A DNA stretch of 63,369 nt, filler included, from Circinaria calcarea (lineage: Eukaryota), in assembly GCA_051942165.1 (NCBI GenBank). It is 15 parts of 15 records of this genome, joined end to end, with 100 filler letters (N's around TTAATTAATTAA, not from the genome) between each part and the next. Parts side by side here need not be neighbours in the genome. Positions count along the whole stretch, not along the records: positions 1 to 4,143 come from JAVECS010002445.1; positions 4,244 to 8,384 come from JAVECS010002446.1; 13 more parts are not named here. One strand, written 5' to 3'. A program made the translations under genes and the position numbers. Under the pieces are notes generated by a model. That model was not told the DNA's origin. It made no database searches and saw nothing but the letters and a program-made list of their open reading frames with translations. Shown here piece by piece: positions 1-8,036 of the stretch. The number at the start of each line of letters is the position of its first letter. The stretch's first letter is position 1.

Positions 1-438
1 GATCGTCTTCGATCCCCTAACTTTCGTTCACTGATTAATGAAAACATCCTTGGCGAATGCTTTCGCAGTAGTTAGTCTTCAATAAATCCAAGAATTTCAC
101 CTCTGACAATTGAATACTGACGCCCCCGACTATCCCTATTAATCATTACAGCGGTCCTAGAAACCAACAAAATAGAACCGATGTCCTATTCTATTATTCC
201 ATGCTAATGTATTCGAGCAAAGGCCTGCTTTGAACACTCTAATTTTTTCAAGGTAAAAGTCCTGGTTCCCCACCACGCCCAACGAAGGGCATGGGGCTCC
301 CCAGAAGGAAAGGCCCGACCGAATCCGTGCGCTCGATTAGGAGGACAGATCAGCCAGGCCCAAGGTTCAACTACGAGCTTTTTAACCGCAACAACTTTAA
401 TATACGCTATTGGAGCTGGAATTACCGCGGCTGCTGGC

Positions 439-884
439 CATTGTATCGACAGGGTTGGGAATCGGGACATCCTCCCAGCGAAGACAGTCGGGAAGTCACC
501 TGTCTTCCTCGTACCTGCATCTTCGTGATCACCGTCGGCCGTCGAGCCATATTACAGGCCCTCCGTGCCACCGACGGGTCCTGGTGACCTTCGCGGCAGG
601 CAACCCCTCGCGGGTAGGATCAGCATGTACCTTAGCAGCGCGCGGTACAACGCGACTGACGATGTTCTTCCATGCGTTACGAGCCAAGGCGCGGCCCCAA
701 CACGGGGGCCGCAAGGACATGACACTCGGGATTTTCAGCACACTCTCGGTGGCTGGTTTTCCCCGTAACCGAACACCTTGCAGGCTTAAAATGCCTACTG
801 CGCGGGGCTTGTGGGCCCCCCGATTGTCTGGCGCCAGCAAGAGGGCAGTGCCAAGACTGCACCCCTGCGTGGGATTCGAGGTCC
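439..884 (-). mobile_element. Group I intron at SSU position 516, subgroup IE (446 nt)
   Basis: Inserted in GTCTGGT^GCCAGC; the 5' exon ends in U and the intron ends in G. IGS TTGCTGGCGCCAGAC pairs with both exons (P1 with U.G, and P10). IE-type core motifs are present: GGTTACGGGGAAAA, CTCGTAACGCATGG and TAAGGTACATGCT (P7 GCATG/CATGC). Confidence 0.93.
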
Positions 885-1345
885 ACCAGACTTGCCCTCC
901 AATTGTTCCTCGTTAAGGGATTTAGATTGTACTCATTCCAATTACGAGACCCGAAAGAGCCCCGTATCAGTATTTATTGTCACTACCTCCCCGTGTCGGG
1001 ATTGGGTAATTTGCGCGCCTGCTGCCTTCCTTGGATGTGGTAGCCGTTCCTCCGGCTCCCTCTCCGGAATCGAACCCTAATTCCCCGTTACCCGTTAACA
1101 CCATGGTAGGCCACTATCCTACCATCGAAAGTTGATAGGGCAGAAATTTGAATGAACCATCGCCGGCGCAAGGCCATGCGATTCGTTGAGTTATTATGAA
1201 TCACCAAGGAGCCCCGGAGGGCATTGGTTTTTTATCTAATAAATACACCCCTTCCAAAGTCGAGGTTTTTAGCATGTATTAGCTCTAGAATTACCACGGT
1301 TATCCAAGTAAAGGTACTATCAAATAAACGATAACTGATTTAATG

Positions 1346-1724
1346 CATTACCACATCTGAACGGCAAGCTCAGATGGTTAGATTATATCTCAGCCGGGCT
1401 GGTGCAAGCCCGGCCACTGCCACTTAATCGTTGAGCCAGTATTGGCCGAGGATCGTGCCGGGAGCGTTAGGTCCAAGGCGGTTTTCCCTGATTGTGCAGT
1501 GTCACGAATCAATGTTTCTGTTCGTTAGGTTGGAATGGCCCATTGCCAACCAGTTATCGCTCATTGAGCCCATGCCATGAACCCCTGACGGCGAACAGCG
1601 TGCCCATGCACTTTGGTTTTCCCCACCAGGCATCCCTGGACGAGCCTGTACACTAGGTCCCAGGCAAGAGGCCCTCACCCAGCTCACGCGATCAATCTCC
1701 CACCGGAAGTGCTGCGATTTAATG
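1346..1724 (-). mobile_element. Group I intron at SSU position 114 (379 nt; compact IC-like core with a large P1-loop insertion)
   Basis: Inserted in GAATGGCT^CATTAAATC with terminal G at 1346. P7 is GATTA/TAATC (1425-1429 / 1381-1385) within TCAACGATTAAG and GAGATATAATCT. P3 (CACTGCAC/GTGGCAGTG), P8 (GGCCGGGCT/AGCCCGGCT) and a P9 hairpin are present. IGS AATGGGCCATTC lies at 1533-1544. Confidence 0.93.
1582..1719 (-). pseudogene. His-Cys box homing endonuclease gene remnant (C-terminal part) in the P1 loop of the S114 intron
   Basis: The minus strand translates as QHFRWEIDRVSWVRASCLGP, then after frameshifts KC..GHAVRRQG. This matches the I-PpoI-type motif NPxHLxWExxxxNxxRxxCxGP...CxHxxxCxRQG. 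There is no start codon and the N-terminal SHLCH motif is missing. Confidence 0.72.
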
Positions 1725-3061
1725 AGCCATTCGCAGTTTCACAGTATAGATTGCTTATACTTGGACATGCATGGCTTAATCTTTGAGACAAGCATATGAC
1801 TACTGGCAGAATCAACCAGGTAACTATCTTGGACGCCGCCGCCCCGCCCGGACGGCGTCGGGCGGCGGCCTGGCCCCCACAGGGGGCCAGGGGTAGTTTC
1901 AACCGGAGGGGCGGCGGGCTTCGTGCCCGCGCCCAGCCCCGGGGACGTCAATCCGCTCAGGGATCGGGCCCCCACGGACCATCCAATTGCCCCCACTGAA
2001 TTCCCCAAGGCGTGGTCCGCCCCAGAAAGCTCGTTCGGTCCCGGTAGGGGACAGCCCCGAGACTGCGGGCGTATACCCCTCAAGAGGAGGACGCCGTGCG
2101 CCGGGCACGTCGAAGCTTGACGCCCCGACGGCTCCCGGCGACGGCGTACCCCCAGACATCTGATGAGAGTTGTAGCCATCGGCCAACTGTCCACAGACCT
2201 CACCGTCCCCCAAGGCCAGCGCCTTTGGGACTACAGTTGCCGTCACGGTTCACGTCCCGGCCGCACCCCAGGGGCGGCCGTTCCGATCCGGCTCGAGCAT
2301 TCGACCCTCGCCGCAGCTGAAGCGCGCTTCGGCTACTCAACGCGCGGTCAAAGGTCCTACAAGCAAGGGAGAGCCCCGCACCATCGCTCGGCGTACAGGC
2401 GTTCGACCACCAGCTCAACGGGGCCTTCGATCCAAATCGAAATTCCCGGATCCAGAGGGTCCGTCCCTCGCATCGCCTCAGGCCAGGCTCTCGAATAGAA
2501 ATGGGCCCGGCGACGGCCTGTGCGGTGCTGCAACAGGCGGCCACGGGGCTGAATGTTGCGAGGTGGCCTGGACGGCCGCCCCCCACTCCGCATCCACCCG
2601 CCGCGGGTTCAACCGAAGACACCGCCGGTCTCAGGCCACACCTCCCTTGGCCCCGTGAACGAGGGGGACGCCCCTTCCGCCATCCGCGGCGGGCTCGGGG
2701 GCCACACGGGGAGCTTTCGCTCGACCGCATGTGGCCCCATCACCCCCCCGCATCCGGTGTCCGTGGACGGCCCCCACCGACGAGGGGCCAGTGGAAATGC
2801 GCCAGCCGCGTGCCCCCAGGTACCCCCAACGAGGCTTCACTTCGTGGTTAAGATGCCCAAAAATAGGCTCTGAACGGCCCTAAAGTCTCTCAATCTCGCC
2901 CCGTACAGCAAGCCGTACGGGGCATGACCAGGCGTGCAGAGGACCATACAGGAGGGGCACGCAGAGGGCCGTGCAAGATAGAGATGCCTAGAAGGGTACC
3001 CCGAAGATGGACACAGAAAACCAGGAAGCTCTTAAAAACGGACACCTGCCCTCTCTACCCC

Positions 3062-3541
3062 ATATATCCATCAACCAAGACCGGGATATAAATTGGCGGA
3101 ACAATGCTACACTGCAATCTTTGTTCGCCAACGGGGCAAATTTCGCAAAGGCAGGTGATCAAGTAGGACCACCTGTTTTTGGAAGGGACAGAGGAACTCG
3201 GGGAAGGGATAAGATCTTGCCTGCGGGCATAAAGGCGTTCGGCGCACGTTCAAAAAGGTTGGATTGCGGGTGACTGTAGGCGTATCAAGCGCAGGAATAG
3301 GCTGCTGCTAATGACGAAAATGCCTACAGATTAAGCACCCGATATGGGCCCGGAAGGGTGGTTAGACCCGAGAAATATAACTAAACTGAACCGATGTCAC
3401 CCAAGACCTGGCGATGCGCTTCTCCCTTATATATCCACCGACCAGGCTTTAAGTATAAAATGGCCGAAAAATGTTCGACTGCAAATTTCGCTCGCGAACG
3501 GGACTTTATTTGTATGGCAAATGATCAAAAAAGACCACCTG
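3062..3541. repeat. Two diverged ~113-bp IGS subrepeats (3062-3175 and 3429-3541)
   Basis: Both copies read ATATATCCA..ACCA...TATAAA.TGGC.GAA.AATG...ACTGCAA..TT...TCGC.AACGGG...TGATCAA...GACCACCTG. Confidence 0.75.
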
Positions 3542-3632
3542 CGGATAATCAGCCCACACAGCCGGGGACCCACCAAGAAATACGCGGGGGGTGCAGTCGG
3601 GGCATCCTGTAATCTAGAAAGAGAATATTAAT

Positions 3633-3735
3633 AACTGGCCGAAACGGGGGCCCAGGATGACAGTTGCTCCAACTGATCCAGAGGGGTCAACTGGCCGAGC
3701 GGGGGCCCAGGACGACAGTTGCTCCAACTGATCCA
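3633..3735. repeat. Two tandem ~56-bp IGS subrepeats
   Basis: AACTGGCCGA...GGGGGCCCAGGA(T/C)GACAGTTGCTCCAACTGATCCA occurs at 3633 and 3689. Confidence 0.85.
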
Positions 3736-3966
3736 AATTATAGTCAATCAGGCCCGCCGCAGGCTTGAGAATCATCTCCAAGATCCGAGGCCCCAGCCCT
3801 CTCGCGTTCAACTGTTTTTCCGCCTACGGCCGTTCCCGTTCCTTGAGCACGGGCCATCGACAACCCACCCTGCCCGCGGGGCCCACCGTCCGCCAGCTCT
3901 CTCCCCTCCACGCCCGCGCCTATAGCGCCCGGTCGGCGATGGGGAGAGAGTTGTCAAATATCTCCA

Positions 3967-4143
3967 ACAAATCACGGCCAAGGTGCGGGCTTACGCTCAG
4001 TAGCTCGTAACAACTAGGCTACTCGACTACGTACACGACCCGTTGGCTCAAATCAGTCGTCTGCAGAGGATTCATCCCCGCGCGTGGTTAAATGGCAATC
4101 CGCCGACGAGGCCCCCCACCTTTCCGTGGGGCGCCCGCTGTCG
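3967..4143 (-). rRNA. 28S (LSU) rRNA gene, 3' terminal fragment
   Basis: The minus strand reads GAATCCTCTGCAGACGAC...GAGTAGCCTAGTTGTTACGAGCTACTGAGCGTAAGCC...GATTTGT, the conserved LSU 3' end. Confidence 0.95.
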
Positions 4144-4243
4144 NNNNNNNNNNNNNNNNNNNNNNNNNNNNNNNNNNNNNNNNNNNNTTAATTAATTAAN
4201 NNNNNNNNNNNNNNNNNNNNNNNNNNNNNNNNNNNNNNNNNNN
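4144..4243. other. Artificial contig linker N44-TTAATTAATTAA-N44; first of 14 (others start at 8385, 12625, 16863, 21100, 25335, 29567, 33796, 38024, 42252, 46479, 50705, 54929, 59151)
   Basis: Identical 100-nt spacers with stops in all six frames; the intervening contig lengths never increase (4143 to 4119 bp). Confidence 0.99.
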
Positions 4244-4245
4244 AC

Positions 4246-4962
4246 TCCGACATCATCATCGCGCAGCAGCGATTGATAGAACTTCGTGGCTCGGTAGAAG
4301 GGGAGGGCTGTATCGATATCGAGGTTATGGAAGGACTCCTCCAGCACGTCATCGCTTCCACTCCTTCCCCCAATCCCCACCACGTCAATGGCAACAGCAA
4401 CGGCGAAACCGGAAACGGAATCGACCTCCTAGGCCACGAGCACGACTCCCAGCAGCAACGACGCAAGAAATTCGGCCTCGAGCACATGCTCTCCCAACTC
4501 CTCACCCAGCACATCACGCCCTTGATCACGCACTCGCGCCGCCTCTGGCAGCTCATCGCGCGCTTCTCTCTGCACCTGAACCGGCCCTCTGCAGCACTGG
4601 AAGCGTACGAGAAAGCATGGCGCGTGACGCTTAACAAACCGAGCTGGGAGAGCGGAGGTTCTTCTTCTTCTCTCCCTTCTGCTACTACGGCGGGAAATAT
4701 CGGGAGAGAGAGAGAAGAAAGCCCGGAGGAGGTCTGGGCCGAAGTTGTGGATGCGACGGTGGAGCTGGTGGATGCTTATGAGAGCTTGGGAATGAGGGAA
4801 AGGGTGGAGGGATTAGGAGCAGGAGAGTTGGTGTGCAAAGAATGGAAATTCAAGGCCCGCAGTGCGATTCGAGGTGTCTTGGGACGGGGCAGGGAGGCTT
4901 GGGAGGGCAATGAGAGTTGGGAAAGGTTAAAGGGGAGAGGGGAGGAGTTGAAAGTCAGTTAG
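4246..4962 (+). CDS. EMW1: TPR protein of the Emw1/TTC27 family, C-terminal part (5' truncated)
   Basis: RRLWQLIARFSLHLNRPSAALEAYEKAWR...WAEVVDATVELVDAYESLG...WKFKARSAIRGVLGRG resembles the fungal Emw1 C-terminus. The frame is open from the contig start. Confidence 0.75.
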   Translation, partial: SDIIIAQQRLIELRGSVEGEGCIDIEVMEGLLQHVIASTPSPNPHHVNGNSNGETGNGIDLLGHEHDSQQQRRKKFGLEHMLSQLLTQHITPLITHSRRLWQLIARFSLHLNRPSAALEAYEKAWRVTLNKPSWESGGSSSSLPSATTAGNIGREREESPEEVWAEVVDATVELVDAYESLGMRERVEGLGAGELVCKEWKFKARSAIRGVLGRGREAWEGNESWERLKGRGEELKVS

Positions 4963-5462
4963 GGGGGAGTTATGGATGGAAAAGTCACAGTTTTTCAGTG
5001 CAAACGCGAAAAGTCAACTGAAAGTGTGATGGAGTTGAATTTTCATATCCGGGCTGAAATTAAAATAACTTACTAAGATCGTGTGCCCACTCCATATGGT
5101 TTTAGGTGGGATATTTGCCAAGTTACGACTTTCCGGACTTGCGGACAGTCAGTCCTTTAGTATTCTACGTACCCTTATTGCCCTTTAGTGAGAGCTTTTC
5201 TAGAAGACGGAATATAGATGGATAAGCTCCTAACTGTATCAACGCACGGTTCTTCTTTAGAATTGACTCTCGCCTTAAACTACAAAATTCCTCAAAGTAG
5301 ACATATCTGGATTATTTTGCCAGAGGTTTGATCTACTGTGGTATAAGCGATAAAGGGCCCCACCGGACCAATCAGTCATTAATCCGAGATGCTCACGGAG
5401 CTACGGAGTTACGTCCCCGATCACTCGCTTGATATTTTTATACACCCACGAGCATTGCCATT

Positions 5463-5754
5463 TTGGGGGGTTTTGTTTTTTTTTTGTTAGAAATCTGTTA
5501 TGCTCGGGAGCACGGCGCCGATAAGCTAAGCCTGATACTGTAAAGCACGGAGGGTAGGCTGGTAAAAACTATGTTCTCGTATTGGCCACACTAGGTCCAC
5601 TAGCATAACATAGCTCCGTTGTGGATGCATAATCGAGCTATGTAAAGCCAAGCGGGGGTGGCCTGGCAGAGGAGTATTGATTGGCTGGGAGCACTGTTAT
5701 TCCGGGCCTACCTAACAACCTCCGAGCATAACAAAAAAAAACAAAACCCCCCAA
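5463..5754. mobile_element. Putative non-autonomous TIR element (MITE-like, ~290 bp)
   Basis: Left end TTGGGGGGTTTTG(T)10GTTA[GAAATCTGTTA]TGCTCGG is inverted at the right end as CCGAGCATAAC(A)9CAAAACCCCCCAA. An internal 9-bp hairpin spans 5608-5643. No clear TSD. Confidence 0.55.
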
Positions 5755-6479
5755 TTATTACCTGCCTCTTCTAATTTACTCTGCACAATCATGCAAGAAC
5801 ATCAGCCTAAGACTTTGTATTCATCCGGTTTCGATGTGGAGTGTTTTCATAATGTTGAGCTTTTATTGTGGCTGTGTGTATCTCGCAGCCGTATTGCTTT
5901 ACGGATTCACCGGAGAGAGGGTTTTCATAGTAGCAGGCATTCGGAGATGAAAATTGTCCTGGTCCGTCCTTAGTGATGGTACATAAGATGGTCATTAGAC
6001 AGGCTTTACATAAGAAACGGGAAGATCGGTCGACCGATGGCCCCGTTCCGAAAAGGGATGACAACTCGCGTTCAATCTCATATTTACTGCGTTGAAGCAA
6101 ACAAGCTCATCCTTTATATTCACCACATTTCAATATGTTCATTCCTCGCTTCACAATGAACTCCCCAAGCACCCTTCGCTAGCTGTTCACTGGGTCCAGT
6201 CGGGATGTTAATTACTCAGCATGGTATCCTCTCTCTTTTCAATCTGATAAAGTGACTCCCATACCACCAGCGCGTACCATACATACTTTGATACCTCTAA
6301 CCCTCCATTCTACCTTTTGCAAGCATTCTCTTGAATGGATGGAGAGTGGAACCTGAGGAAATGGAAGCCTACGGTGGAGCATGTCTCTCGATGGGACATA
6401 ACGGGCAAGCCAACCCATGAGGCGAGGAGATTCTTCGTGTGGCTTAAGTATCCAGTTGTCACTAACAATATACTGATAG

Positions 6480-8036
6480 ATCGTTAACGAGTGCGTGAGG
6501 GAGTGCCAAGCTGCCACAAGAGACATTGGTAATCTCCCCCACAACCCAGTAAGATGGACCGAGCGAGGCCGCCGTCTTTGGGAACTTGGATATTTGGATC
6601 TAGCCGCCGGGGACTTCTACAAAGCAATTCTTCTCTGCAGAGCCGTCTTGCACTCTGATAGCGTCATAAATCCTCTGGGAAGCTTGGTCAGGCTCGAAGT
6701 CGGTATGTGGGTATGGTTGAAGCAAGATGCTCCCTGGGAGACCTTTACTGCCGTGGACTGCCAATCCACTTTGAACAATTTCCTTGCAGAAATCGAGTGT
6801 GAAGCATATAAATCGCTAGTTCTATGCCTAGGTGATTGTAGATGTCTTTGGGATCAGGTACAAATATGCACCGATGCCGTCAATAAATATCCAACCTGCG
6901 GCATATGGAACCCAGAGCTGGAGAGCACGAACATGAGCCGGGCAATCCAAGCGCTGAGAGACTTCATGCCCGAGGTACGATCACTTTCAGGTGACTCCGG
7001 CAAAAGAACCTTTATACTCCAATCAGGCGTCATTACAGTAAGATGTTGGCCATGGCTATCACCATCTCAGCTCACTAGAAACAAGGATTTAGTCACAAGC
7101 GTTAATGGTGAATTTCGAGAGGCATCTGGCGTTGCCGAAGTAAGAGTTAGTACCATCAGGACTCCTTCTAATGGTGGTGAAGCGGCCCAAGGGCCTAATG
7201 TACTTGGTATCTTTGCGACGCAAGACATCAGTCGCGGTCAAACCGTCTTGGTCAGCCACACGGTAATCACGGCTACCAGCGTTGTCAGCCCCAGGATCTG
7301 CCATAACTGTTGTCGCGACATAGCATCTCTCGGCATCTCCTGTACGACTTGCAGCGCAAATTACTGTTCTCTACGATGCCGAACCGCGGCACAAAATGCC
7401 TACCACAAGGTCACATGTGGCAAAGACTTTTCATAAGTCTATGAGGCCGATCGCCATGACATCGGTCAACAAGCCACCCTGTTTCTACGGGTCCTGGCGA
7501 TATGTGTCCAAAGTGGGATGCACCCATTAGACCATCCCCTCATTGCCCGATTAACGGCCAACTACGAAGACGAAGGCGACCACAGCGAACATTTCACCTT
7601 CGCCGCCGACATTCAAACCCCCATTCGCATCCTCCAAGACCTCGGCGTCGACCCCTTTGCCGACTCCCGCTTCGATACATGGGTCCTCCGAACCGTTTGG
7701 GTCCGCCTGGTAATCAATAAGATCCAATCGGATGACCGGCCGGGGGAACGCTATATCCTCTCTGTGAACCCCCTGCATTGTTTCTTCAACCATAGCTGCA
7801 ATGCGCAGCTGTTCTATGACGTAGGGAATGATGGCGGCACGAAAGCGGTCCTGTGTGCGAAGCGGAAGATCAAAAAGGGAGAAGAATTGTTTGTGTCGTA
7901 CATTGATGCGGATAAGATGCCATCGGTGAAGGAGAGACGAGAAGCTTTGTTTCCGTGGTTCGGGGGCGATTGTCGGTGCGAGAGGTGTCGGAGGGAATCG
8001 AGAGTTGGGAAGAAGGTGGCTTGGAAGGATACCTGA
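6480..8036 (+). pseudogene. TPR-like/MYND/SET domain (SMYD-type) gene with one in-frame TAA at 7434-7436; 5' exon unresolved
   Basis: Contains LGIFATQDISRGQTVL (SET-N), CHNC..CTTCSANYCSLRC..YHKVTC (MYND) and FFNHSC..KKGEELFVSY..CRCERC (SET-C/post-SET). ORFs 6495-7436 and 7518-8036 are in the same frame, separated by a single stop with no intron signals. Confidence 0.7.

Larger units (their letters stand above)
1..1822 (-). rRNA. 18S (SSU) rRNA gene, 5' portion (exons 1725-1822, 885-1345, 1-438), truncated at the contig end
   Basis: Minus strand starts TACCTGGTTGATTCTGCCAGTAGTCATATGCTTGTCTCAAAGATTAAGCC at 1822. It contains the universal motifs CCAGCAGCCGCGGTAATTCCAGCTCC and GAAGACGATC and is interrupted by two insertions. 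Confidence 0.99.
1823..3966 (-). other. rDNA intergenic spacer including the GC-rich 5' ETS; no 5S gene recognised
   Basis: Lies between the 28S 3' end and the 18S 5' end. The GC-rich ETS ends AAGATAGT|TACCTGG, and the spacer contains subrepeats. Confidence 0.9.

Noticed and set aside
1518..1687. Apparent spliceosomal intron (GTGAG...CCTAAC..CAG) nested in the S114 group I intron
   Set aside because: Its removal would delete the IGS (1533-1544) and half of P2. The segment is better explained as a HEG relic plus P1/P2.
204..4010. Numerous ORFs over the rDNA and IGS (e.g. 410-916, 1739-2203, 2200-2730)
   Set aside because: They overlap rRNA, intron or GC-rich spacer and show no protein motifs, apart from the His-Cys relic reported separately.
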